A stretch of DNA of 64,000 nucleotides, from the IMG/VR virus record IMGVR_UViG_3300044796_000656. The stretch is one strand, 5' to 3'. This document shows positions 8,885-17,912 of this stretch, one piece after another; the stretch's first letter is position 1; every line of letters begins with the position of its first letter. The DNA comes from a virus (taxonomy: Duplodnaviria > Heunggongvirae > Uroviricota > Caudoviricetes). The notes below the pieces were generated by a model, which saw nothing but the letters and a program-made list of their open reading frames with translations, was not told the DNA's origin and searched no databases. Both the position numbers and the translations under genes were made by a program.

Positions 8885-10039
8885 TTGGAAACTGAATCCT
8901 GTGTTTTACATTGCGATAAGGGAAGCTCAGATAAGATCTACCAGGCCCAGCTAGTCCCGGAGGGTGCAGGCTGGGTCGTGAAGTATCAATTCGGCCGCCG
9001 GACGCCCGGAACAACCTGCGGCATCAGTGGCATGCAGGTCGGGGAGAAGACGGATCATCCCAGCGTTTACGGATATGCCAAGAAAGTCTACGACGATCTG
9101 ATCGACAAGCAGATCCGCGTCAAGAAGTACCACGTACTCAGCTCGACCAGCGGCGAATCGGCCGATGCAATAGCAGTTCCCAACAAGGTCGCCAGGGAAG
9201 ATTCAGGAATCTGTCCGATGTTGCTGACAGCCATCGACCAGCCGGAACTTCAGAAGCTCGCTTGTAATCCGTCCTGGTGTTTCCAGGAGAAGAAAGACGG
9301 CGAACGCCGACTGCTCAGGAACGACATAACTGGTGTCGTTGCCATCAATCGCAACGGCGAGATCACGACGCTGCTACCGAACATCGAGAAGGTTGCGGAG
9401 GACATTCTCGCCAGCTTCATCATCGACGGCGAAGAAGTAGGCGATCAGGAATTCGCCTTCGATCTTCTGGAACTCGACGGAGTCGATTGGCGGAAGAAGC
9501 CAATGAAGGAACGTTGGCTGAAACTTGCCGGCTTGAATATTCCCCAGGGCAATGCCGGGATCGTTGTCGTCGAGACGGCGTTCACCACTGTCGCCAAGGA
9601 GGAGATGATCATCCGCGCCGAGGTCGAGAAGTGGGAAGGCATCGTCGCCAAGATGGTCAGCGCCCCCTATGAAGAAGGCAGATCCAAGAAAGCCCAGAAG
9701 TTCAAGTTTAAAGCCAGCGGGACCTTCCTGGTGGACAAACAGAACGAAGACAAGAACGGCGTGAAGAAGCGCAGCGTGGCTTTGCTGGTCCACAGCGGCG
9801 AAGGTTACAACTGGCAGCCGGTCGGTAACGTGACGATCCCGGCCAACTTCGAGATCCCGCCTGACGGCTCGTTCGTTGAGATCGAGTATCTGTACGTCAA
9901 GGGCCGCGGTGGGTCTTTGTACCAGCCGGTCTACAAAGGCGTACGCGCGGACATCGGCGGTCCCTTTGGAACCAAGGCCGAGTCGGTCGATACGCTGAAG
10001 TATCGTCAAGGCTCTACCGAAGACGACGAGGAAGCATGA
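8885..10039 (+). CDS. WGR-domain ATP-dependent DNA ligase
   Basis: TTG start. N-terminal W-G-R signature (AGWVVKYQFGRRTPG). Ligase motifs EKKDGER (I), IIDGEEV (III), EGIVAK (IV) and KFKFK (V). Confidence 0.8.
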   Translation: METESCVLHCDKGSSDKIYQAQLVPEGAGWVVKYQFGRRTPGTTCGISGMQVGEKTDHPSVYGYAKKVYDDLIDKQIRVKKYHVLSSTSGESADAIAVPNKVAREDSGICPMLLTAIDQPELQKLACNPSWCFQEKKDGERRLLRNDITGVVAINRNGEITTLLPNIEKVAEDILASFIIDGEEVGDQEFAFDLLELDGVDWRKKPMKERWLKLAGLNIPQGNAGIVVVETAFTTVAKEEMIIRAEVEKWEGIVAKMVSAPYEEGRSKKAQKFKFKASGTFLVDKQNEDKNGVKKRSVALLVHSGEGYNWQPVGNVTIPANFEIPPDGSFVEIEYLYVKGRGGSLYQPVYKGVRADIGGPFGTKAESVDTLKYRQGSTEDDEEA

Positions 10040-10274
10040 GCGAGTCGAATCCTTTTACCGCAGTTGAAAAGGCCCGGGAGAAGTTCAAGCAGTGGGTCGG
10101 GATCGATGGCGATATCCCAGCCGACGAGTTGTATGCCTCATGAGCTTTGAGACCTACGTGGAAGACTGCACTCGCTGTGGGGCCGGCCTGGAAGAGGGCC
10201 TGACTGGTCTCGGAAGATCTGTACGACTTCGAGGATGAAGAAGGCGAAGCCGTGGAAGTCTGAGGTAACCCCCT

Positions 10275-10649
10275 ATGAATAAAGACCTTGCGGCGCGGAT
10301 GAAAGCCGCGCCAAAGGAAATCACCGTCTCTATCATGAGCCACCACATTGGTCTCTATAAGGGTCGGAGATTTGAATTCGATGACAATCCGATCAGCTTT
10401 GCCCTGAAACATGCTGGCTGGATCATGGCCAACATCGGCAGGTTCGAAGCCTATATCGGTGGAGACCAGGGCGGAGTGCCTTATCTTCCGAGCATCGACA
10501 CCTCCGCCCGGATACAACGCTGGATGGAGCACGGAGAGATGGAACCGTTCACTGCCGAGTTCATCCGGCAACCGATTGCAGCTCCCAAGGAGATGCACGG
10601 CCGGGTCGAGATCGGCCGGGACGAGGAGATTGCCGGTGCCTTCTACTAA
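10275..10649 (+). CDS. hypothetical protein
   Basis: 124-aa ORF. Confidence 0.5.
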   Translation: MNKDLAARMKAAPKEITVSIMSHHIGLYKGRRFEFDDNPISFALKHAGWIMANIGRFEAYIGGDQGGVPYLPSIDTSARIQRWMEHGEMEPFTAEFIRQPIAAPKEMHGRVEIGRDEEIAGAFY

Positions 10650-10911
10650 ATCGAAGATCAAACAGTTGCGTTCGCTCGCCGGGGTCGTCGGCAAAGTCGA
10701 GTTCCCCTGCGGCTGTTACGCGCTGGTCGCGCACGGTGGCGTGCAGTTTCGGAAGTTCTGGCCAGGTGTCTCTCACATTGTCGGGCATTGTTGTCCGGAC
10801 TGGAAGAAGCATAAGTACGCACTGGCGGATGCCGAGCGCGATCTCGCCGAACGCCTGAAGGCTTTCATGGCGCCGAAGCGGAAGCAACACAGAGAGCTAC
10901 GCGACCGCTGA
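10639..10911 (+). CDS. hypothetical Cys-containing protein
   Basis: GTG/TTG starts at 10633-10641. Start uncertain. Confidence 0.35.
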   Translation, partial: PSTKSKIKQLRSLAGVVGKVEFPCGCYALVAHGGVQFRKFWPGVSHIVGHCCPDWKKHKYALADAERDLAERLKAFMAPKRKQHRELRDR

Positions 10912-10942
10912 GGAAAGACAGAGGACAATACGCATGTTGTAC

Positions 10943-10973
10943 CGCCGCTATCTTTTGATAGCGGCGTTTCATT
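10943..10973 (+). terminator. rho-independent terminator
   Basis: CGCCGCTATC-TTTT-GATAGCGGCG followed by TTTCATTT. Confidence 0.65.
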
Positions 10974-10982
10974 TGAGAGGAT

Positions 10983-11249
10983 GTGCCTATGAAGCACGTT
11001 GTCAGTTTGAGAGAAGCGCCTCAGAAGCGCGCGATCTGCGAGAAGGAAATGCGCTACGACGTGCTCCTGAACGGTGAATTCTGTGAAGACCTGTACTTCA
11101 ATCTGAGAGGCTACGTCGGGGTGTTGCCGCTTCCGGGCGGAGCCCGGCTCACGATCGGAGAGCGCGGGATCTCCGCGTATCGCAAAGAAATCCGGCGGAT
11201 CAACCGGGAAGCAGCCGCCGCGGAGGTCGAAGTTGCAAGAACCCAATAA
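10983..11249 (+). CDS. hypothetical protein
   Basis: 88-aa ORF. Confidence 0.45.
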   Translation: MPMKHVVSLREAPQKRAICEKEMRYDVLLNGEFCEDLYFNLRGYVGVLPLPGGARLTIGERGISAYRKEIRRINREAAAAEVEVARTQ

Positions 11250-11535
11250 TGAAACCAAGATCTTGATCGCGCAGGTCAGCCAGGTAATAACCAACGCGCT
11301 TCAGAATGACGAGAAGATGCTGGAATTATTCCAGCTCGTACGTGACCGTGGCTTTGAGATGACGGTGGCCGCCGAGGTCACCGTCGGACTACATGTGATC
11401 GAAGACTTTGAGCCATCGGAAGCCCCGGCACCCGGCCCAGAACTTGTGACCCCGAAGACGGGAAAGTTACTGAAGTTCTCTCCGCAGGACTCCAAGTTCT
11501 TGAAAACGATGAGGATATCACTCGATGATAAGTAA
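11233..11535 (+). CDS. hypothetical protein
   Basis: 100-aa ORF. Confidence 0.5.
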   Translation: MQEPNNETKILIAQVSQVITNALQNDEKMLELFQLVRDRGFEMTVAAEVTVGLHVIEDFEPSEAPAPGPELVTPKTGKLLKFSPQDSKFLKTMRISLDDK

Positions 11536-12079
11536 AGGAACAATCGGCGTCATAGGTGCTCGAACGCCCGGCCCGGAAGTCGAGTGCGGGATTCACAATC
11601 TCGTAGGCATCCTGCAATCTCGGGGATACACGATCTCAACCGGCCTTGCCGATGGAGTTGACCAGGCCGCCGCATTTGCCGCGTATCCTGGCCCGCTTGA
11701 GTTGTTCCTACCCTGGGACGGCTACGAAGCCGAAGCACTGCGGGAATTGCTGCAAGTCAATCCCAATATCACGGTCACGATCTACGATCCAAAGATTCAT
11801 CAAGCCTGGACAGACTCAGTCCTACGTTATCACCCAGCAGGGAATCGTCTGCGCCGCGGCGCTTTCGCGCTGCATGCTCGCAACTTCCCCATCGTTGAGA
11901 ACCGCAGGTTGGTCGTTGCTTTCCCCAGCGATAAGCCAGGAGGAGGCGGGACCGGACAGGGTATTCGTATCTGCACGGCTCTCAAGATTCCTCTGATAAC
12001 GCGCGTCGTTGGCGCTCCGGGATGGGACTTCGAAGAACTGACCAAAGCAGTGCTGTTGGAACTGGAAGGTGCGGCATGA
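11525..12079 (+). CDS. DprA/Smf-like (SLOG superfamily) Rossmann-fold protein
   Basis: TGLADGVDQAAAFAA and GGGGTGQGIRICTALKIPLIT match the DprA/LOG family glycine-rich motifs. Confidence 0.55.
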   Translation: MISKGTIGVIGARTPGPEVECGIHNLVGILQSRGYTISTGLADGVDQAAAFAAYPGPLELFLPWDGYEAEALRELLQVNPNITVTIYDPKIHQAWTDSVLRYHPAGNRLRRGAFALHARNFPIVENRRLVVAFPSDKPGGGGTGQGIRICTALKIPLITRVVGAPGWDFEELTKAVLLELEGAA

Positions 12080-12243
12080 TAGGCGCGTTGATCGCGTGGT
12101 GGGTCAACTTCAGATGTAACCACTGCTGGCGACCGGCGCTAACCTCTAAGGGACCGGCAAAGTATTGTCCACATTGCCATACGACAACTCAGCTCAGTGA
12201 AGCCGACTTCTACGCTGTGTTTGGACGTATGCCGATTCTTTAA
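12076..12243 (+). CDS. small zinc-ribbon protein
   Basis: CNHCW...CPHCH. ATGA overlap. Confidence 0.35.
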   Translation: MIGALIAWWVNFRCNHCWRPALTSKGPAKYCPHCHTTTQLSEADFYAVFGRMPIL

Positions 12244-12264
12244 GAAACACAAGAAGGTGCGCTA

Positions 12265-12414
12265 ATGAAATGTGATCAGTGCCAGATGTTAATGATCAAC
12301 GGTATTCCGTGTCACGAAACAGGTTGCCCCAACTCAAGAGCACGATGGAATAACCGAAGGCGTATCTGGGTTAAACCAATACATAAGCCTGGCCTCGGCA
12401 CGTATTACGAATGA
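12265..12414 (+). CDS. small Cys-rich protein
   Basis: MKCDQCQ...CHETGC. 49 aa. Confidence 0.3.
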   Translation: MKCDQCQMLMINGIPCHETGCPNSRARWNNRRRIWVKPIHKPGLGTYYE

Positions 12415-12437
12415 TCCGAAGAAAGGCTGAGTGAGTC

Positions 12438-12583
12438 ATGGGTCGCTGTATCGACTGCCCAGAGAAGTGCGACGCTTATCGGAAAGATCCGAGGACGTTC
12501 GCCTGCTTTGACAAGATTACACCTTACCCGCGCGCCCCTGTAGTCAAGGACCCGACCCCGGAAAAGATCAAGGAGAACTGATG
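12438..12583 (+). CDS. small Cys-rich protein
   Basis: MGRCIDCPEKC. 47 aa. Confidence 0.3.
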
Positions 12584-12922
12584 GCAAGAGGATCGTGGGA
12601 TGATTTCACAGAGAAGCATGGCTTTAATGACGGAGAAGCAACCGAAGACCGGGATTTCAGGGTACGAACGGAGATCTGCAAGCGTCTGAACGAACTGCCG
12701 GAGATGATGCAAGCCAAGATCCGGGCGGTGGAGTTCGACCGACCCGGTATGCATAACGGCTGCCTGATCGCTGCTCTGGCGAACCACGACGGCCTTTCGG
12801 ACGAAGCCCTCCTGAACAAATGGCTTACGACGGACATGAGGGAATCTGAGCTTCCCGATGGAATTGAGATCAGCGAGATCATCTCGGATGCGTACGACGA
12901 GGTTGACAACAAGAAGGAATAG
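12581..12922 (+). CDS. hypothetical acidic protein
   Basis: 113-aa ORF. Confidence 0.5.
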   Translation: MARGSWDDFTEKHGFNDGEATEDRDFRVRTEICKRLNELPEMMQAKIRAVEFDRPGMHNGCLIAALANHDGLSDEALLNKWLTTDMRESELPDGIEISEIISDAYDEVDNKKE

Positions 12923-12925
12923 CAA

Positions 12926-13405
12926 ATGAAACGCTGGATATTGACAGACACGCATTGGAATCATGAAGCGATGATCACGCGTGGCTGGCGGCCAGCAAAT
13001 TATCAAGAGCGAAGCCTGGCGAATATCCGCAGACTGGTAGCACCGGAAGACAAAGTCCTTCACCTTGGAGATGTAATCTTCGCGCGGTCGGCGGAATTGC
13101 AGGCGATTCTTTTGAGCTTGCCAGGGATTTGGGAGCTGGTCAAGGGAAACCACGATCATCGCCGGGATCAATGGTATCGGGACATGGGTTTCGCAGCCGT
13201 TAACGATGCAGCAGTAATCGGTGACGTTTATCTGACGCATGAGCCCGCAGGCTGTTTGCTGCGGGATACCAGGCTCAACGTTCACGGGCATCTGCATGAC
13301 GATCTGCACCGGGTTGAAGAAGGTTATCCCGAACCGTGGCATAGACTACTTGCCTTAGAACTGACCGATTATTGTCCGGTCCTGTTCGACGAATTCACAA
13401 GGTAG
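12926..13405 (+). CDS. calcineurin-like metallophosphoesterase
   Basis: Motifs DTHWNH, GDVIFAR, GNHDH and GHLHDD. Confidence 0.7.
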   Translation: MKRWILTDTHWNHEAMITRGWRPANYQERSLANIRRLVAPEDKVLHLGDVIFARSAELQAILLSLPGIWELVKGNHDHRRDQWYRDMGFAAVNDAAVIGDVYLTHEPAGCLLRDTRLNVHGHLHDDLHRVEEGYPEPWHRLLALELTDYCPVLFDEFTR

Positions 13406-13455
13406 TTGCGGTATTCAAGTTTAGGGCCAACAAATCAATCGTGGGAGTCATGTGA

Positions 13456-13698
13456 ATGTCTGAGTCGAAGATCAGTTGGCGGCTTCGGTACGTGGACCGT
13501 CCGTGGTATCTGGTTCTGATGATCTTGGCAACTCCGCTATCCCTCAGTGTCCCATTTATCGGCTGGGCAGGAGCAATCATAGCGTGGTGGCAATACTTTC
13601 GGGACCACAAGACAGTACGCGCGCTCAAGGCTGAGAACGAGCGCCAACGAATTATGACCGAGTCCGGAGTTCAGGCTCGGCAAACGGTACAACCCTAA
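13456..13698 (+). CDS. small membrane protein
   Basis: Two hydrophobic helices. Confidence 0.45.
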   Translation: MSESKISWRLRYVDRPWYLVLMILATPLSLSVPFIGWAGAIIAWWQYFRDHKTVRALKAENERQRIMTESGVQARQTVQP

Positions 13699-13702
13699 AA
13701 CG

Positions 13703-13966
13703 ATGATGGGTAGGTGGCAAGGAGGCCAGAACCAGATGTTCGGTTTGCTATCGCTTGTCACTCCTCTGCCGCTGAGTATCGCGTTCATATCCGTTCCTGT
13801 TCCGGACGGGAAATGGGATGTTCTGCGAGAAAGGCAGCTAGTTCAGAGGTCGGTGACCGCATATAGGATACGCAGCGGGGATCACCGGTCGATCGGCAGC
13901 GCGAGTCTGAAGGATTCGTCTGCGCCGCCGACTGGCGTACCCCAAAGTCGTAGAATAAAACAATAG
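13703..13966 (+). CDS. hypothetical protein
   Basis: 87 aa with hydrophobic N-terminus. Confidence 0.4.
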   Translation: MMGRWQGGQNQMFGLLSLVTPLPLSIAFISVPVPDGKWDVLRERQLVQRSVTAYRIRSGDHRSIGSASLKDSSAPPTGVPQSRRIKQ

Positions 13967-14077
13967 GATGTTAAAACTGGAGTGGTGGACGCCCCAAGTC
14001 GCGCGGTGTAGTTGAGCACCAGCGCGGCGAAAGAGTAAGGCCAGGTTCTCCAGACCTGGACCATAATTGTACCCCGA

Positions 14078-14109
14078 GGGGCGCCGTATCCTGGCGCCCC
14101 TTTTGTTTT
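14078..14109 (+). terminator. rho-independent terminator
   Basis: GGGGCGCC-GTATCCT-GGCGCCCC followed by TTTTGTTTT. Confidence 0.7.
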
Positions 14110-14176
14110 CCCTCCTGAAGTCCAATACAGAGATCGTACCTGAGCGACGTTTGATAGAAGCGATCTTTCGCCTATT

Positions 14177-14590
14177 GTGAGGAACATGACTACCGCGGTT
14201 CAACTCCCACTCATTGCCGGCATTCCTCCAGTTGCAGTGGATGACGCCAAACAACAAACCCTTAAACAGGTAAACCAGAACGCAGATCCATACTGGAAAG
14301 CATTTGCTTACAACTGCGTGGTCGCCGTCGCGAAGGAGAAGTTGGAATTCACCTCAGATGACGTCGATGCGAAGATTGCCTCCGCTCCCAGTCCACAGCG
14401 TCCCTACATCTACGAAAAGCGAACGTTGGGTCCGGTCATACTGAAGGCGTGCAAGAACAACATCATGGCATCTACCGATCGGCTGAAAGTCAGTTGCCGA
14501 TCCAAGCTCCACAACTCGCCTCGTCGAGTTTGGAAGTCCTTAACATTTGAGGGCGTCGAGCCCGTTGCGATTTCGGAGAGAGTTCAATGA
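14177..14590 (+). CDS. hypothetical protein
   Basis: 137 aa. Confidence 0.5.
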   Translation: MRNMTTAVQLPLIAGIPPVAVDDAKQQTLKQVNQNADPYWKAFAYNCVVAVAKEKLEFTSDDVDAKIASAPSPQRPYIYEKRTLGPVILKACKNNIMASTDRLKVSCRSKLHNSPRRVWKSLTFEGVEPVAISERVQ

Positions 14591-15018
14591 GCACTTTGAT
14601 GACTGCTGATGTTGCTCTTATCGAGCTGGCCGGCGTAGGTCCTCTCGTAAGCGAAGTAATCGAGCGTTGCGGCGAAGATGCCGTCTTGCACCTGGAGTCC
14701 GAGGGTGTTGCGATCGAACAGCCTGCAATTTACGGGACCGCTCCCGTGATCTTGCGTACGGATCTGTTCGAGTCCAAACCGAAAGCGGAGTTCAGCTTGA
14801 AGGTCTCGATCCGTCCCATGGACGAAGACGAGTTCACTGAGCTGATCGTCAAGAGCACGAACCTGGAGTACTCGTCCGAGTGCAAGACACTGGTTGTGGC
14901 CGCCTGCGCGATTCATTGCATGGCCCAAACCAAGCTGAATGACAAGGATTTCTCGAAGCTCATGTGGTGGATCGGCGAGATCACCTCACAGTACGTCAAT
15001 CGTTATCTCGTTAGTTAA
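14587..15018 (+). CDS. hypothetical protein
   Basis: 143 aa. ATGA overlap. Confidence 0.5.
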   Translation: MSTLMTADVALIELAGVGPLVSEVIERCGEDAVLHLESEGVAIEQPAIYGTAPVILRTDLFESKPKAEFSLKVSIRPMDEDEFTELIVKSTNLEYSSECKTLVVAACAIHCMAQTKLNDKDFSKLMWWIGEITSQYVNRYLVS

Positions 15019-15032
15019 CCGGGAGAGAAGCC

Positions 15033-15230
15033 ATGAGTGCAGATTGCTACTTATACCGGGTTGAGAACAACCTGGTGCGTTCCGAAGTCTATCTCGGCGG
15101 AAACAGTACCGCTGCGGATATCACTCACTTTGCTTCGCAGGAAGAGGGCTTGGAGAATACCTCTGATGAACGCGGATACTGCGTGCTACCCCTTTCGAGA
15201 GAACAATTTTGTACGATTCATCAAGTCTGA
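15033..15230 (+). CDS. hypothetical protein
   Basis: 65 aa. Confidence 0.4.
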   Translation: MSADCYLYRVENNLVRSEVYLGGNSTAADITHFASQEEGLENTSDERGYCVLPLSREQFCTIHQV

Positions 15231-15320
15231 TCCGACGTTTTACGTCGATCCCAGCAGTGTGAAGGAAAGCTGCCGACAGGAATACAGAAGTCCTGGCCAG
15301 CTCCAATTGGTGATCAAATC

Positions 15321-16334
15321 ATGAGTTTAGGACCACAAGCAAGCCTACTTGACATGACTCTGAAAGAGCAACACGCCAAGTATCTAGCAGCCGGACTTGT
15401 TTGCGACCTCTGGGATCGTCTGAACTTCCCAAGGGGAACCCAGTTAATCAAGCAAGCTCAAGACCATGGGTTTGATCTTCCCCAGGAAGTCATTCACATC
15501 TTCTGCGGCGGCTCTAACCTCCACGGCGCCAAAGACGATTCAGGGAAAAGCGATCTGGATATCTGCGGGATCTTCGTTGAACCCCCGGAGCTGGCGCTCG
15601 GGATCGACCGCGATGAGCACTTCATCTCGAAGACCGCGGCCGAAGGCGAACGCAATCAGTCCGGCGATAAAGACTTTACCATCTATTCGCTGCGCAAGTG
15701 GGCGGCTATGGCCTGCAATGGCAATCCCAACGCGCCGCTGTTCCTGTTCGCCCCCGTCGATCCCAAAGGCCAAACAACGGTCTGGGATGCCTATATACGT
15801 CCTAGCGCACATCTGTTCCTGGCCAAGACCACCCTGGTAGGGGATTACGCCAAAAGCGGCCTCTTGGGCTTCGCCAAGGGCATCTGGAAGCGCGCGGAGG
15901 CGGCGCTACGAGGCAAGGAATACCACGAAGCCGGAGGCTTCCTTGGATTTGCCCGCAACATGCTTTACAGGATGCAGGGCAAGCGCGGCCGGGGCAAGAA
16001 GGGGCAGCGGCCGGAACTGGAACTGAAGTTCGGCTACGACACCAAGGCGGCGATGCACATGATCCGCGCCATGTTTGAAGCCATTGAACTGGTCGAGACC
16101 GGGAAACTTGCGTTTCCTAATCGTCAGGTCGAAACCCTGAAGGCGATACGGCGCGGCGAGTGGTCAAAGACTGTCGTTGAGCAGTACTTCGAACAACTCG
16201 AAAGCGAACTGAAGAAACTGGTGCGAAAGTCTGACCTGCGCAAGGAAATTGATCGCGCGGCGGTTTCGAAGCTGGTATCTCGGGCGTACCTCGCCCATTG
16301 GAGACAACGTGAATTCTTTAAGCGTTCTCAATAG
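15321..16334 (+). CDS. Pol-beta superfamily nucleotidyltransferase
   Basis: CGGSNLHG-x8-SDLDICGIF matches the h[GS]x...[DE]h[DE]h nucleotidyltransferase signature. C-terminal helical region. Confidence 0.6.
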   Translation: MSLGPQASLLDMTLKEQHAKYLAAGLVCDLWDRLNFPRGTQLIKQAQDHGFDLPQEVIHIFCGGSNLHGAKDDSGKSDLDICGIFVEPPELALGIDRDEHFISKTAAEGERNQSGDKDFTIYSLRKWAAMACNGNPNAPLFLFAPVDPKGQTTVWDAYIRPSAHLFLAKTTLVGDYAKSGLLGFAKGIWKRAEAALRGKEYHEAGGFLGFARNMLYRMQGKRGRGKKGQRPELELKFGYDTKAAMHMIRAMFEAIELVETGKLAFPNRQVETLKAIRRGEWSKTVVEQYFEQLESELKKLVRKSDLRKEIDRAAVSKLVSRAYLAHWRQREFFKRSQ

Positions 16335-17139
16335 CAACGACATCAACTGGTGTTTGCACCGGTTGCCGAAACGAGTCAAAGCTCTCATGCAGGAATACGC
16401 AGGGCAGCTTGTTATGGCCGGCGGCTTCATACGGGCCTGCATCGCCAACGAACACATCAACGATGTGGACCTGTTTCCGGCCTCGAAAGAGTTGGCGCAG
16501 GTAATGGCCTTGAAGCTGGCCGGTGGCGACCTCAAGGGCGTCTACGAAACGGAGAACGCCTACACGGTCTCGCGTCACCTGCCGATGAGCGTTCAGTTCA
16601 TCCATCGCTGGATCTTTGCGCAGCCGGAAGAGATTCTGCCGAGTTTCGATTTTACGATCGCTCAGGCGTCGATCTGGTTCGAAGCCTTAGCGAGGGACGA
16701 AAATGGCAAAGTCGTTGACGGCGAATGGAAGTCGCTGTGCTCCGCCCAGTTCTACCCAGACCTGGCAGCCAAGCGATTGGTCTACCTGCAACCGATCCGC
16801 AATGAAGACGCTGGCGGCTCAATGCTGCGGGTCTTGAAGTTCTATCAGCGCGGGTATCGCATCCCGATCGATTCCCTTGGCCAGGTGATTAGCCGTCTGA
16901 TGACCGGAGTTGATATCAGTCGGATTCATACCGAACAAAAGAAGTTCGACAAGGATTCGGAGATCCCTGGATTGGTATTCGACGAACAGCAACTCAGTAA
17001 GGTCGTAACCGGGCTCTTGCGTGAGGTCGATCCTCTGATCGATCCGGCGCATGTTTCGCATCTGCCGGCGACCGAAGCGGTTGGCGTCGCTCGTGATGCT
17101 GGAATCAGTACGCGTGTGGAAAGCGGGTCGATTCAATGA
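16309..17139 (+). CDS. minimal CCA-adding/poly(A)-polymerase-family nucleotidyltransferase (head plus neck)
   Basis: LVMAGGFIRACIANEHINDVDLF aligns with GGAVRDxLLG..DxD. FDFTIAQA...DENGKVVD aligns with RDLTINALA..DDNGEIID. EDAGGSMLRVLKF aligns with EDPLRVLRVARF. GTG start overlaps the upstream gene. Confidence 0.65.
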   Translation: MNSLSVLNSNDINWCLHRLPKRVKALMQEYAGQLVMAGGFIRACIANEHINDVDLFPASKELAQVMALKLAGGDLKGVYETENAYTVSRHLPMSVQFIHRWIFAQPEEILPSFDFTIAQASIWFEALARDENGKVVDGEWKSLCSAQFYPDLAAKRLVYLQPIRNEDAGGSMLRVLKFYQRGYRIPIDSLGQVISRLMTGVDISRIHTEQKKFDKDSEIPGLVFDEQQLSKVVTGLLREVDPLIDPAHVSHLPATEAVGVARDAGISTRVESGSIQ

Positions 17140-17450
17140 GAGACGAAAAGAGGGTGGTCGTGGACAGGATCTTCGAGAGGACTCGCGATAACGTCGTTTT
17201 AACGATCGCCGCTGCATTTCTCGATGATCCCTTCACGTATGGCATTCCGATTCAAACCAGCGGCGGCTTGGTGATCCTGCATCCGTTTCGTAACGCCTTT
17301 CGGGATGCTTGTCAGTTTGCATACGTCTGGTTGCCTCTGGTCGGAACGTTCTGCATGAACAGCGTCGAACCTCTTCATCTCGACAAGACGCCGATCTGCA
17401 AGGAAATCGACGGTCTTATGGAAGACCGTGGCTACGAGGTTACGCTGTAA
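17136..17450 (+). CDS. hypothetical protein
   Basis: 104 aa. Confidence 0.45.
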   Translation: MRDEKRVVVDRIFERTRDNVVLTIAAAFLDDPFTYGIPIQTSGGLVILHPFRNAFRDACQFAYVWLPLVGTFCMNSVEPLHLDKTPICKEIDGLMEDRGYEVTL

Positions 17451-17833
17451 TGCGGATTCTAGGAAAGACCAGTCGGGTCCTGGCATTGCTGGTAGTGCTG
17501 ATTTTCAAGCTCTTCTTTCTGCCAGTGACTCTGCTGGCAAAGCCAGTTACGGGTTTGGTTAGTTGGTACGGGCAGAAGTTCGCTGGAAAGAAGATGGCGA
17601 ACGGTGAGAAGTTTGATCCATCCAAGTTGACGGCTGCTCATCGCAGTCTTCCGTTCGGCACGCAGGTCCGCCTGATTTGTCGAAAGACACAACGGGAAGT
17701 CATCGTCACGATCACCGATCGAGGGCCGGTGCAGAAGACTCGAACGCTGGATATCTCCAGGGCCGCGGCTGATGCCCTGGGAATTCGTGACCGAGGAATC
17801 GCGCGCGTCGAGATTGAGCCGCTGAAACGATAG
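17450..17833 (+). CDS. RlpA-like double-psi beta-barrel protein with signal peptide
   Basis: GLVSWYGQKFAGKKMANGEKFD...AAHRSLPFGTQVRL...DRGP matches the RlpA DPBB signature. N-terminal hydrophobic signal. Confidence 0.65.
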   Translation: MRILGKTSRVLALLVVLIFKLFFLPVTLLAKPVTGLVSWYGQKFAGKKMANGEKFDPSKLTAAHRSLPFGTQVRLICRKTQREVIVTITDRGPVQKTRTLDISRAAADALGIRDRGIARVEIEPLKR

Positions 17834-17848
17834 GTACATCGTACCGCC
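17834..17848. promoter_or_regulatory. copy 2 of conserved intergenic motif TAGGTACATCGTACCGC
   Basis: Identical 17-mer to 22061..22078, positioned right after the stop codon. Confidence 0.5.
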
Positions 17849-17912
17849 GACGCTTTGACAGGAATCAACGATCAGCTACATTGAGGTCGTTGTAGTAAAA
17901 AAGGAGAACTAC

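Noticed and set aside
9277-9672. 131-aa Arg-rich + strand ORF
   Set aside because: It lies entirely inside the WGR-ligase gene in another frame and is a composition artefact.
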